A stretch of DNA of 42,027 nt from Verrucomicrobiota bacterium (lineage in GTDB: Bacteria; Verrucomicrobiota; Verrucomicrobiia; Limisphaerales; UBA9464), in the NCBI GenBank assembly GCA_039800465.1, contig JBDLQQ010000140.1:1-42027 (forward strand), written 5' to 3'. The position numbers were made by a program, and so were the translations under genes. The notes beneath the pieces were generated by a model. The model saw only the letters and a list, made by a program, of their open reading frames with translations, searched no databases and had not been told where the DNA came from. This document shows positions 17,466 to 26,966 of the stretch, one piece after another. How positions within the stretch are numbered: position 1 is the first letter of the stretch; every line of letters starts with the position of its first letter.

Positions 17466-18455
17466 TCAGTTCCGTTCGGCCAGCCGCTTGAACGCGCGCA
17501 CGCCGTCCACGATCGCGTCGGCCATCTTCGCCCGTTCGCGGTCGCTCAGGATCCGCTTCAGGTCCTCGGGATGGTCCATGAATCCCCCCTCGATCAGGAT
17601 GGCGGGCATGCGGGCGTCGCGGAGTTCCGCGAAGTTGGCCCTCTTGATGCCCCGGTCGGCGAAGTCGAGGGCCTCCACGAGGGAGCGGTGGACCTGGTAG
17701 GCGAGCAGGAGGTTCTCCTTGTCGAACCGATTGCCGGGCTGGACCCCGGTCGAGTTGCCGCCCCCGGTGGACCGTCCCCCGGGCAGGGTGAGGCTGAAGG
17801 TCTCCAGTCCATTGGCGGTGGTGCTGCCTCGTCCTCCGGCCCCGTTGAAGTGGATCGAGAGATAGAGGTCTGCCTTGAGTCGGTTGGCCTTCTCCGGCCG
17901 GTCATCGAGCTCGATGTACTCGTCCTCGTCCCGCACCAGGATCACCTCGAACCCGGCGGCCCTGAGGCGTGCCGAGAGCTCCCGTGCGAGCTTGAGGGTG
18001 TAGTGCTTCTCCTGTCGGCCTCCCTCCATGTTGCCGGGATCCTTGCCACCATGGCCGGCGCTGATGGCCACCCGCCGGATCTTGCGTCCCGGCGTGGCCT
18101 TCGGGGGCTTCAGCAGGGGCATGAGGGTCATGTCGAGGTCCCGCTGGGACACGTAGGGTCGTCCCCGCTCGACCGCGACGGGGAACTCGAGCCACACGAG
18201 GACGCCGTCGAGCTCCACCCGGGCGGTGTCTGCCTTGAAGAGGAGGTTGATCCAGCGGTTGGAGAACCGGAGTTCGCCAGAGGTGGGATTCCAGCTCCCG
18301 CGGAGTCCGTTCCGGGCGCCCCAGAGACCGAGGTCGGCGTGGAGTCGGCCCTTGATGAGCACCAGGTCGCCCCGGGTCGATTGGGCGTGTCCGGTCCCCG
18401 ACCCGAGACCGAACCACAGCAGGACGCACATCCATCCCAAGACGCGTCGGCTCAT
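17466..18455 (-). CDS. N-acetylmuramoyl-L-alanine amidase (Amidase_3 family) with an N-terminal accessory domain
   Basis: Signal peptide from ATG 18455. Catalytic blocks: ISAGHGGKDPG, LYLSIHFNG, ETFSL, MPAILIEGGFMDHPED. Confidence 0.85.
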   Translation of the reverse strand: MSRRVLGWMCVLLWFGLGSGTGHAQSTRGDLVLIKGRLHADLGLWGARNGLRGSWNPTSGELRFSNRWINLLFKADTARVELDGVLVWLEFPVAVERGRPYVSQRDLDMTLMPLLKPPKATPGRKIRRVAISAGHGGKDPGNMEGGRQEKHYTLKLARELSARLRAAGFEVILVRDEDEYIELDDRPEKANRLKADLYLSIHFNGAGGRGSTTANGLETFSLTLPGGRSTGGGNSTGVQPGNRFDKENLLLAYQVHRSLVEALDFADRGIKRANFAELRDARMPAILIEGGFMDHPEDLKRILSDRERAKMADAIVDGVRAFKRLAERN

Positions 18456-18507
18456 GGACGTAGGGACGATGGGGTCCGGCCCGGAGGGCGGCAAGCCGGG
18501 AGGCGCG

Positions 18508-19806
18508 TCACTTCGCGTTGAAGCGGTGGAGCGCCCTGGCGGTGCGCACCAGGATGCCGCCCTGGACGGGCACGACGCTGGAACGGGTCGGGGCCTCGTC
18601 GAGGGCCAGACGGTTCAGCACCTTGAAGTCATCGCCGGCCGAGGCGACCAGCACGGTGCCGTTCTCGCTGACGATGTAGATCTTGCCGTCCGCCCCCGTC
18701 GGTGAGGCCCAGATGGTGTCGGGCGTCTCCAGCTTGCCAGACCACACCTTGGCCCCGGTCCTGGGGTCGAGCCGCGACAGGATCCGCTTGCCGCCATCGA
18801 GCACGAACAGCTTGCCGTCATACAGGAGCGGGGTGGCCCAGTCGGTTGGCGCCTCGGTGAACTGCCATGCCCGGTGGGAGGTGGTCACGGTGCCGGTGCC
18901 GCCATCTCGGAACGCCACCACGGGCTGGCCCTTGGGGCCCGCTCCGTAGACGAGTCCGGGTCCGGACACGGGCGAGGTGACGATCCGATACCAGTCGTCC
19001 CGCTTCTCGTAGAGCCGGGCGCGCCAGATCTCGGAGCCGTCCTTGGGACGATGACCGCTGATGTGGTCGCCCCCCACGATGAGGATCTCGGTGCCGTGGG
19101 GTCCCTTGTGGGGAACGGGGGTGGCATAGCTCTCGTGGCTCTCGAGCGTGGAGTCCGTCACCCGCTTCGCCTCCCAGAGCGTCTTGCCGGTCTTCGGGTC
19201 CAGGGACAGCAGGAACGAATGCCTCTCCGGTGCGCCACCCGCCAGCGGGTAGTCCGGCGGCATCTGGTCCCGCTGCAGGACCGGGATGATGAGCTGCCCG
19301 TCATGAAGGAGCGGGCTCGCCCCGTAGATCCACATGATCGCGAACCGGCCGTAGTCCTTGTACAGCGGCCGTTTCCAGAGCTCCTTGCCCTGGAAGTCGT
19401 AGGCTGCGACGTCCCCGGTGCCGAACATCACGATGACCCGCTTCCCGTCCGTCACCGGTGAGGGTGCGGCCATGTTGTTCTTGCCCTTCTCCTTGTCGCC
19501 GACCGCCACGGTCTGGCTCCAGAGGATCGCCCCGGTCTTCGCATCGAGGCAGAGCAGGTTGAGGTTCTTCGCGGAGTCCGGGGAGGTGAGGAAGATCCGG
19601 TCTCCCCAGACGACCGGAGTCGAACCGGCCTGTCCCGGCAGCGGGGTCGACCACGCGGCATCCGCCTTGGTGAAGGTCGACGGCAGGCCCCGGACATCGC
19701 CGCTGCCGTTGTGGTGGGGACCACGCCATTGGGACCAGTTGGAGTCGGCCTGCACGGTCACGAGCAGGGCGGACAGGGCGGCGGTCAGGAGCGATGAGGT
19801 CTTCAT
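18508..19806 (-). CDS. PQQ-like (BamB-type) beta-propeller repeat protein, secreted
   Basis: Signal MKTSSLLTAALSALLVTVQA followed by WSQWRGPHHNG. Repeated motifs of the type 'G..IW.....' and 'DG.L.V....G.L..LD..TGK.LW' are typical of PQQ-propeller repeats. The upstream 167 codons of the ORF track were rejected. Confidence 0.75.
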   Translation of the reverse strand: MKTSSLLTAALSALLVTVQADSNWSQWRGPHHNGSGDVRGLPSTFTKADAAWSTPLPGQAGSTPVVWGDRIFLTSPDSAKNLNLLCLDAKTGAILWSQTVAVGDKEKGKNNMAAPSPVTDGKRVIVMFGTGDVAAYDFQGKELWKRPLYKDYGRFAIMWIYGASPLLHDGQLIIPVLQRDQMPPDYPLAGGAPERHSFLLSLDPKTGKTLWEAKRVTDSTLESHESYATPVPHKGPHGTEILIVGGDHISGHRPKDGSEIWRARLYEKRDDWYRIVTSPVSGPGLVYGAGPKGQPVVAFRDGGTGTVTTSHRAWQFTEAPTDWATPLLYDGKLFVLDGGKRILSRLDPRTGAKVWSGKLETPDTIWASPTGADGKIYIVSENGTVLVASAGDDFKVLNRLALDEAPTRSSVVPVQGGILVRTARALHRFNAK

Positions 19807-19882
19807 GGGGAACGGAGTCTGCGTTCGATGCTCGGGATGTTCGGTCGGGACAACAAGGGTGTTTCCGGGTGTGGGAGACCGC

Positions 19883-22800
19883 CTATGGCTTGGCGCCCCG
19901 CGGGATCCCGCTGCCGGAGGCGAGGAAGGCGAGTAGATCCGCCAGCGGCTGCTCGCCGAGCTGCTCGAACCCGGTGGGCATGATCGACTGGCGCGACGCC
20001 TCGAGGCGCGCGATCTCGGCACGGGGGAAGACCTGCTTCTGGCCCTGGAGGTCGTAGAGCTCGATGCTGGTCGCGGATTCCGTGTCGAGACGCCCCGAGA
20101 ACGTGTCCCCGGACTTCGTCTCGACGGTCCAGAGGACGTAGTTGGATTCGACCGACCGGTTCGGGTCGAGGATCTCGCCGAGGAGTTCCGCCTTGGGGCG
20201 CACCCCGATGCCGCTGAGGTCGGGTCCAACCTTGCCACCCTGTCCGTAGAAGAGGTGGCAGACACCGCAGTTGGCGGTGAACACCTCGCGTCCCCTGGTG
20301 GAATCACCGGCCTTGGAGGCCGCGGGGAGGAGACGCTTCAGGACCTCCTCCCGGTCGGCGGACACCGGCGCCTTCCGGTTCTGGACGGCGGCGGCTCTTT
20401 GGAGAATCGCCGTGTCGGAGTGGTTCCGCAGTGCCTGCCACTGTTCCCATCCGAGATCGTTGGCGTGGAGTTCGCCCGACTCGAGGCCGGCCAGCACCCG
20501 GTTCGTCCAGGCCACGCGTCGCAGGAGCACGGTCAGTGCGGCGCGCTTCTGCGCGGGGGTCAGGGTGCTCCACCGTTCCAGGAGGGTGTCCCCCACCGAA
20601 GGTTGATGGCTGTCGCCGAGGACCCTGAGCAGTCCCGTCGCAAGCTCCGGTGAGGAGCGGGGGGTGATCTGGGCGACGATCGTGGCGAGGGTCTCCGGGG
20701 TGTCCTGGAGGTTGATCCAGGCCCGCGCGGCGGCGATCCGGTCCGCATCGGGACGGCCCGCGGATCCGACGGTGGTCTGGAGACGCCGGGTGGCGGCGGC
20801 CACGGCTTCCTTGAAGAGATCCAGGCGTCCCCAGCGTTTCGCGAGGATCAGCAGCCGGTCCTGTCCGTCCTCGGACAAGGTGCGCATCGAGTCCCGCAGG
20901 GCAGCCTCGGTCGAGGCATCCAGGGTGGGCCTGAGGTCTTCGGGCCATCCCTGGGTGAGACCGTCGAGGACCGCCCTGGCGGTCGCTGGGGCGGATCCGG
21001 CCGCCTTCAGCCAGGCCGTGATCGCTGCGTTCCGACGACCCGCCTCGTGTCGCGCGACGATGAGCACGACCTCGTTGGCGGCGTCTGGGAGCGGTGTGGG
21101 ATTGCCGGCCAGTTCCCCGAGGAATCCCTCGCCGTGGCGGACGGCGGCGCATGCCGCCGCCTCGCGGAGCCATCGATCCCCGGCCGTGGAGGGATTCCGG
21201 AGGGCCTGGGCGATCGCCTGTCCGGCAGCGCGGTCGGAAGGGGTCGAGGCGAGCGCGAGCAGGGTGGCCAGGCGGACCTGGGCCTCCGGGTCGTCGACCA
21301 GCCGCCCCTGCAGCAGATCCCGGGTGGCCTGTGCATCGGAGGGCAGCACGGAGACCGCTGCCCTGCGCACTCCCCAGGCCGGGTGTTTCAGGGCCCGGGT
21401 CGCGACCGGTCGTGACGAGGGTTCCCGCAGGGCACCCAGTCCCTGGAGGGTCCAGAGCGCGTGCATCGCCCCGGGGTTGAGCCCTGCCTTGTCGACGGAG
21501 CGGTCGCCCACCAGAGCGTGGAGTCTCGGGGTCATGTCCCTGGAGTTCCCCTCCACCAGCAGCCGCTGGGCGTGGAATCGCCACAGCTGGTTGTCGCTCG
21601 ACAGCGCCATGACGAGTGACCTGGGATTCGAGGGGTCGAGGCGGGGGGCCTTGGTGGGTTTGCCGCCGGTGGCGGTGACCCGATAGATGCGTCCATGCCG
21701 CTGGTCCCGGAGGGGGGTCTCGTAGGCGTTGCCCTTGCCGTTCTGGAACCCGATCGGGGTGGGGTTGTGCTGGATGATGTAGTTGTACCAGTCGATCACC
21801 CACAGGGCGCCATCGGGACCGACCTCGGCCACGATCGGGGAGGTCCACTCGTCGTCGCTCGCGAGGAAGCTGCCGCGGTTCACCGCCTGGAAGTCGGCCC
21901 CCTTCGGGTCGAGGCGGAACTGCCCGATGAGATGGCCCGTGGGTTCGGCGACGAAGGCGACCCGGTTCCAGAACTCCTTCGGGAAGGAACGGGCGGTGTA
22001 GAGCGCGTGGCCGGCACCAGCCGTGTAGCGGCCATGGGCGTCCACCTGACGGACCTTGTCGGTGATGGGGTAGAAGGCCTGCGAGTCCGCGATGGTCTCC
22101 ATGCGGCTGGGGCCCCAGCCCGAGACGGCCTCGTAGTAGCGGTTCGGGATGGCCATGTACCAGCTGGCGTTGTTGTTTGCGGTCGACCCGAAGAGGATGC
22201 CCTCCTCGCTGATGCCGAGACCCCAGGTGTTGTTGTTGCTGGACCGGAGGAACTCGAGGGCCGAGCCGTCGGGACGGAAGCGGAACACCCCCATGCCGAA
22301 CCGGACCTTCTTCCCGCCCACCTCGCCATCGAAGCCGCTGTAGCCCACGACACCCCAGATCCAGTTGTCGGGTCCGGGACGCAGGTTGCTGGCGGTGGCG
22401 TGGGTGTCGCCCATGCCCCAGCCGGAGAAGAGGACCCGACGTTCGTCGGCGACATCGTCGCCGTTGGTGTCGCGCAGGAACACGGTGTGGCCGGACTCGA
22501 TGACGATCAGCCCGCCGTTCGCGAAGCAGAACGAGGTCGGGATGCTCAGGCGGTCGGCGAAGACGGTGAACCGGTCGGCCTTCCCGTCGCCGTTGGTGTC
22601 CTCGCACACCTTGATCCGGTCACGTCCCTGGCCGGCGGGCTTCAACTGGTTCGGATAGTCGAAGGTCTCGGCGATCCAGAGCCGTCCACGCGTGTCCCAG
22701 CCGAGGCAGATGGGCTTCATGATCTCGGGCTCGGCGGCCACCAGGGCTGCCTGGAATCCGGGTGGGAGAGCCAGCCGCTGGAGGGATTCCTCGGGGCTGA

Positions 22801-22993
22801 GTGGAAGCTGCATCCGGGTGATGACCTCGCCCTGCGTGCCCCACTTCTCCCCGGCCAGGTAGTTGGGCATGGCGTCCGGGGCATTGGTGTAGGCGAAGGG
22901 CAGGGGGCCGGGCCGTGGCGACAGCTTCGGGAGGGTCTCGCAGAGGGCCTCGAGACCCAGGCTGGCGACGATGCAGAGGAGGATGGGGCGCAT
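19883..22993 (-). CDS. PVC-type 'putative membrane-bound dehydrogenase' domain protein with HEAT-like repeats and a C-terminal heme-binding CXXCH domain
   Basis: N-terminal block: LPPGF...VAAEP.I.KPI...WD.RGRLWI.E...YP. GSDH-like propeller blocks: GPDG.LWV.DWYN. A helical repeat middle region follows. C-terminal ANCGVCHLFYGQGGKVGPDLSGIG has its CXXCH encoded at 20255-20269. The start is ATG 22993, or alternatively 23011. Confidence 0.8.
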   Translation of the reverse strand: MRPILLCIVASLGLEALCETLPKLSPRPGPLPFAYTNAPDAMPNYLAGEKWGTQGEVITRMQLPLSPEESLQRLALPPGFQAALVAAEPEIMKPICLGWDTRGRLWIAETFDYPNQLKPAGQGRDRIKVCEDTNGDGKADRFTVFADRLSIPTSFCFANGGLIVIESGHTVFLRDTNGDDVADERRVLFSGWGMGDTHATASNLRPGPDNWIWGVVGYSGFDGEVGGKKVRFGMGVFRFRPDGSALEFLRSSNNNTWGLGISEEGILFGSTANNNASWYMAIPNRYYEAVSGWGPSRMETIADSQAFYPITDKVRQVDAHGRYTAGAGHALYTARSFPKEFWNRVAFVAEPTGHLIGQFRLDPKGADFQAVNRGSFLASDDEWTSPIVAEVGPDGALWVIDWYNYIIQHNPTPIGFQNGKGNAYETPLRDQRHGRIYRVTATGGKPTKAPRLDPSNPRSLVMALSSDNQLWRFHAQRLLVEGNSRDMTPRLHALVGDRSVDKAGLNPGAMHALWTLQGLGALREPSSRPVATRALKHPAWGVRRAAVSVLPSDAQATRDLLQGRLVDDPEAQVRLATLLALASTPSDRAAGQAIAQALRNPSTAGDRWLREAAACAAVRHGEGFLGELAGNPTPLPDAANEVVLIVARHEAGRRNAAITAWLKAAGSAPATARAVLDGLTQGWPEDLRPTLDASTEAALRDSMRTLSEDGQDRLLILAKRWGRLDLFKEAVAAATRRLQTTVGSAGRPDADRIAAARAWINLQDTPETLATIVAQITPRSSPELATGLLRVLGDSHQPSVGDTLLERWSTLTPAQKRAALTVLLRRVAWTNRVLAGLESGELHANDLGWEQWQALRNHSDTAILQRAAAVQNRKAPVSADREEVLKRLLPAASKAGDSTRGREVFTANCGVCHLFYGQGGKVGPDLSGIGVRPKAELLGEILDPNRSVESNYVLWTVETKSGDTFSGRLDTESATSIELYDLQGQKQVFPRAEIARLEASRQSIMPTGFEQLGEQPLADLLAFLASGSGIPRGAKP

Positions 22994-23059
22994 GGGAGTG
23001 GCGTGCGGCATGGGAACGATGGGTCGAACATCCCCTCCGAGGGCGCCTCCAGCCAACGC

Positions 23060-23090
23060 AAAACCGCCGTCGACGCGCGACGGGAGGCGG
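23060..23090 (-). terminator. possible weak intrinsic terminator after wecB
   Basis: On the minus strand: CCGCC-(UCCC bulge)-GUCG loop CGCGU CGAC-GGCGG followed by UUUU. It lies 22 nt downstream of the wecB stop and inside the rejected 5' extension of ORF 19883..23278. Confidence 0.35.
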
Positions 23091-23111
23091 GGGATCCCGA
23101 GAACCGATCGT

Positions 23112-24221
23112 TCAGTGGACGGAGGCGATGGCCTCGACGATCCGCTGGGATGCCTGTCCGTCCCCATAGGGGTTGGTCCCCTGAGGGCGGGGCCACCCGC
23201 GTTCGAGGATCTCCGAGCCGCGTTCCACGAGGCGATCCCTTCCGTTCCCGACCAGTTCCACCCAGCCGGCCTCCACACCCTCGGGACGCTCTGTGGTCTG
23301 CCGCATCACCAGGACTGGCACGCCAAAGGTGGGAGCCTCCTCCTGGATCCCGCCGGAGTCCGTCAGGATCAGGGACGCTTCCTTCATGACGTGCACCATC
23401 TCGAGATAGTCCAGGGGCTCGACCAGATGGAGGTTGGTGGAATCCCCGAGGATCTCGAGGACGGGTTTCCTCACCTGGGGGTTCAGGTGCACGGGGTAGA
23501 TGAAGTGGATCCCCGGGAATCGCAGGGCGAGGTCCCGGATTCCCGAGCACATGTCCCGGAAGGGTTCGCCGAAGCTCTCCCGCCGGTGCGCGGTGATCAG
23601 GACGTGACGGGTCCCGGCAGGCACCCGTCCCAGCACCCCGCGGGAGCGGTCATGCGGCATGTCGGCGACGGACAGCAGCGCGTCGACCACGGTGTTCCCG
23701 GTCACGAGGATCCGATCGGAAGGGATGGACTCGCGCAGGAGATTGTCGCGGGACCGTGTCGTGGGGGCGAAATGGAGGGTCGACACCATGTCGGCGACCC
23801 GTCGGTTGAACTCCTCGGGGAAGGGCTGCTCCAGGTTCCCAGTCCGCAGCCCGGCCTCGACGTGTCCAAACCGGACCCGTCGGAAGAATGAGGCCATGGC
23901 CGCCGCCATCACCGTCGCGGTGTCCCCCTGGCCCAGTACCCAATCGACCTGTCCGGTCTGCAGATGGCGATCCAGCTCGACGAGCAGGGCGGAGACGAAG
24001 CCGGCGAGGGTCTGGTCCGGTCTCATCAGCCGGAGATCGACGTCAGGGGTGATTCCGAAGAGTCCCAGCGCCTGGTCCAGCATCTCCCGGTGCTGTCCCG
24101 TGGACATGACGGTGGTGTTGAACTGGTCGGGGTGTCTTCGGAGCTCCCGGATCACCGGGGCCATCTTGATCGCCTCGGGCCGTGTCCCGACGATCACCGT
24201 GATGTTGCGTCGGGTGGACAT
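23112..24221 (-). CDS. wecB: UDP-N-acetylglucosamine 2-epimerase (non-hydrolysing)
   Basis: ITVIVGTRPEAIKMAPV; GDTATV.AAA.A.F; VEAGLRT; SGGIQEEAP.FG.PVLV.R..TERPEG are canonical WecB/MnaA blocks. Confidence 0.9.
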   Translation of the reverse strand: MSTRRNITVIVGTRPEAIKMAPVIRELRRHPDQFNTTVMSTGQHREMLDQALGLFGITPDVDLRLMRPDQTLAGFVSALLVELDRHLQTGQVDWVLGQGDTATVMAAAMASFFRRVRFGHVEAGLRTGNLEQPFPEEFNRRVADMVSTLHFAPTTRSRDNLLRESIPSDRILVTGNTVVDALLSVADMPHDRSRGVLGRVPAGTRHVLITAHRRESFGEPFRDMCSGIRDLALRFPGIHFIYPVHLNPQVRKPVLEILGDSTNLHLVEPLDYLEMVHVMKEASLILTDSGGIQEEAPTFGVPVLVMRQTTERPEGVEAGWVELVGNGRDRLVERGSEILERGWPRPQGTNPYGDGQASQRIVEAIASVH

Positions 24222-24269
24222 GGGGCTTGGTGGTCCTTCCTGCCGACGATGGGGGTCTCGTCCGGACGG

Positions 24270-25847
24270 TCAGGCGCCCACCGGCAGGGCATCGGGGAGG
24301 GCCGGTGGTTCCTCGGTGGTGACCGAGGATTCCTGCTGCTCCGCCCGCTTCCGGACCTGAATCCGCCAGTCGCACGCCATCAGCATCGAGGCGTGGAGGG
24401 CGAAGGTGCGGAGCGCGTATTCGCTGTCGCCGTGGAGGAACACGAACGAACCCGCCTGGGCCGCCCAGAGTCCCGCCAGCACACAGCTGGTCCTGAGGAA
24501 GGTGTCCTCCGCACCCACCTCCCGGATATGGCCCAGGATCCGGAACATGAGGACCGTCCCGCCGGCCAGGATGACGAAGAAGAAGAAGAGGCCGGGCACC
24601 CCGGTGTTGACCAGGAGGCCGATGGTGCCGTTGAAGAAGATGCCGTTGTCGACGAAGTAGTAGGCCATGTCGTAACGGTAGAAGTAGAGCGAGGTGTCGG
24701 GGTTCTTGCCGAATCCCCGTCCGAGCCACATGTAGTCCTGGGCGGCGATCCAGCCTGCGCGGCGCAGCTGGCTCCGGCCGTCCATCGTGGCATCCCCGTC
24801 CTCCCTCGCCATGCGGTCCACCTCCATGCCCGGGATGGGTGACAGCGTGCGCTGGGCCGCGAGGGGCAGTTCCTGGACGTAGACCTTGAGGAGCAGGTAG
24901 CTGAACGCCGAGAGGAAGAGGAAGATGAGGATCCGCTGGATGGTGAAGAACCGCTGGGCCCACAGGCACACCACCAGCGCGATCACCACGAGCATCACCA
25001 GAGCCCGGTGTCCCCCCAGCAGCCCGAGGGCGAAGCAGGCCCCCGAGAGCGGCAGGAACCAGAGGGCCGACTTGTTGGCGTAGTCCCGTAGCGGGCGCCA
25101 GACCCAGAGGATCGAGAGCAGGCCGAGCGACAGCAGGAAGAGCGACTGGAAGCGGCGCATGCCGAACTGCATCTCCTGCATCTCGAAGTTCACCCCGTCA
25201 CCGGGGAGCTCGAGGAACAGGAGGAGATAGTAGAGGCCACCTCGGGAATAGCTGAAGGCGAGGTCGGACAGCACGAAGGTCAGCGAAAGGGCGCTCTGGA
25301 TGATGAACAGGCGCGTGATCCACCTCTCTGTCGGGGGCCGCAGCAGGAAGAGGAATGGGAAGATCGCGCAGACCAGCTGCTGGACGTAGAGGCGCCCCCC
25401 CATCTGGCCGGAATTGGATCCGACGCCGAACACCTTGATGCCGATGCCGCGGTAGTAGATGAGCATCAGCAGCACGAGCACATACCCGATCAGCCCCACG
25501 AACAGCATCCGGTTGTTGGCCAGGCGCGTCCGGGCGCCGGGCTCGGCCTGGCGCAGGGCCACGCTGACCAGGAATCCGCTCCAACCCAGTCCCGCAGCCA
25601 GTTCCCAGAAGAGGGGTCGGCCCGGGACACCCGGCAGGATCAGGGCCGAGTTGAAGGTCGCCACGCTCAGCGCGAGGGCGAGGGTGGAGTGGTAGGGCAG
25701 GGTGAACAGCCACGTCAGCCCGAACATGAAGAGGATCAGGATCAACGGGGCGCCTGCCAGCAGGAGGCCCACCATGACCGCCCCCATCAGGCACATGCCA
25801 AACAGGACGATCTTGCCAATGTGGAACTGGATCTCGGGACCGCTCAC
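24270..25847 (-). CDS. O-antigen ligase/polymerase-like integral membrane protein (Wzy_C-type)
   Basis: At least 10 TM helices. A large loop carries LLGGHRALVMLVVIALVV, and a later block FVDNGIFFNGTIGLLVNTGVPGLFFF resembles the Wzy_C core. The start is GTG. It lies within a glycan locus. Confidence 0.55.
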   Translation of the reverse strand: MSGPEIQFHIGKIVLFGMCLMGAVMVGLLLAGAPLILILFMFGLTWLFTLPYHSTLALALSVATFNSALILPGVPGRPLFWELAAGLGWSGFLVSVALRQAEPGARTRLANNRMLFVGLIGYVLVLLMLIYYRGIGIKVFGVGSNSGQMGGRLYVQQLVCAIFPFLFLLRPPTERWITRLFIIQSALSLTFVLSDLAFSYSRGGLYYLLLFLELPGDGVNFEMQEMQFGMRRFQSLFLLSLGLLSILWVWRPLRDYANKSALWFLPLSGACFALGLLGGHRALVMLVVIALVVCLWAQRFFTIQRILIFLFLSAFSYLLLKVYVQELPLAAQRTLSPIPGMEVDRMAREDGDATMDGRSQLRRAGWIAAQDYMWLGRGFGKNPDTSLYFYRYDMAYYFVDNGIFFNGTIGLLVNTGVPGLFFFFVILAGGTVLMFRILGHIREVGAEDTFLRTSCVLAGLWAAQAGSFVFLHGDSEYALRTFALHASMLMACDWRIQVRKRAEQQESSVTTEEPPALPDALPVGA

Positions 25848-25915
25848 TTCCAGCCAGTTAGCCCGGAGCCCTTGGACCGATCAATCCTCAACTTGTCGAC
25901 GGGTAGGTCCGCATC

Positions 25916-26914
25916 TCAACCCCTCGACGGCCGGCGTCCACGTCCCTCGTGCCCGTTGAGCCCGTAGCCGAAATCCACCTCCACCAGACCCGCCTCCTGG
26001 AACCAGCCCTGGAGGGTTTCGAGGGTCTGGGGCTGGTCATACGCCGGCGCCAACATGTCGTAGGTGTCGAGGACCGCCCAGTCCCGCAGGAGCCGTTCAT
26101 CGAGGGGGTAGAGCCCCCGGTAGTCCGCCACCAGCAGCTTCCAGTTCAGGTTCCTACCCTTCGGCAGCAGGTTGATCCAGCGGCAGAGGGGCCACATGAA
26201 CCGGATGTAGGCCTCGACCCGGCCGTAGAGCGTGCCCGGATCCATCCGGCGCGTGAACGGACGGGCCCAGTACTTGGTGATTGTCCATTGTTTCCACCAG
26301 GGAAACCGCTTGTAGACGTCGACCGCGAGGTGCCCTCCGGGCTTCAGGTATTTCGGTAGCTCGAGGAAGGTCTTCCAGACATCCGGCGTGTGCTGGAGGA
26401 CCCCCAGGCAGAACACCCGGTCGAAGCTGTCGTGGGCGAATGGCATGGCGTAGGCATCCCCCTGGACGATAAGGACGTTCTCCCGATGTCCGTTCGAGGC
26501 CTGGTTGGCGTCGACCGCGGCGCTGTAGTCGAGCGACAGCACCATGGCCCCCGTCTTCGCCACCTGCTCGGTGAACCGGCCGGCGCCACACCCCACCTCG
26601 AGGATCGTCTGGCCGGCCAGGTTCCGGGGCCAGCCGGTGGCGCGGAAGAACCGTTCCTCGGTCAGGGGAATCCCCGTGTGGCTGTCCAATTGCGTCGCCG
26701 CATGGCGGTTCCACTGGAGACCGAAGCCCGTCGCGTAGTTGTCGACCGGGACGAACCGGGGCACTCCACCCCGCACGGGATAGTCCGACCGGCAGCCACC
26801 GCAGACCAGACGGCCCTCCAGGACCGTGTCCGGCACCGGTGCGGACGAGGTGTCCCACTGGAGCGGGAGCCGGCACTTGGGGCACACGAGATGGCGGACG
26901 TGGTCGCGTTTCAT
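25916..26914 (-). CDS. class I SAM-dependent methyltransferase with an N-terminal Trm112-like zinc ribbon
   Basis: CPKCRLPL...LVCGGCRSDYPVRGGVPRF forms a 4-Cys ribbon. SAM motif I is ILEVGCGAGRF and the post-I motif is VLSLDYS. Confidence 0.8.
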   Translation of the reverse strand: MKRDHVRHLVCPKCRLPLQWDTSSAPVPDTVLEGRLVCGGCRSDYPVRGGVPRFVPVDNYATGFGLQWNRHAATQLDSHTGIPLTEERFFRATGWPRNLAGQTILEVGCGAGRFTEQVAKTGAMVLSLDYSAAVDANQASNGHRENVLIVQGDAYAMPFAHDSFDRVFCLGVLQHTPDVWKTFLELPKYLKPGGHLAVDVYKRFPWWKQWTITKYWARPFTRRMDPGTLYGRVEAYIRFMWPLCRWINLLPKGRNLNWKLLVADYRGLYPLDERLLRDWAVLDTYDMLAPAYDQPQTLETLQGWFQEAGLVEVDFGYGLNGHEGRGRRPSRG

Positions 26915-26966
26915 GACGAGGCGTTCTGGGGCCTGATCGGTTCCGGGATCGGGTTCCGCAGTGGGA

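Noticed and set aside
20304-22607. A 767-aa same-strand, out-of-frame ORF inside the PVC heme-dehydrogenase gene. Similar shadow ORFs occur at 2891..4003, 4373..5473, 6844..7836, 12124..13746, 21695..23389, 28980..31034, 34885..36666, 37604..39070 and 39401..41125.
   Set aside because: All overlap genes with strong family signatures. All have Arg/Pro/Gly-dominated low-complexity translations. They are GC-composition artefacts, not overlapping genes.
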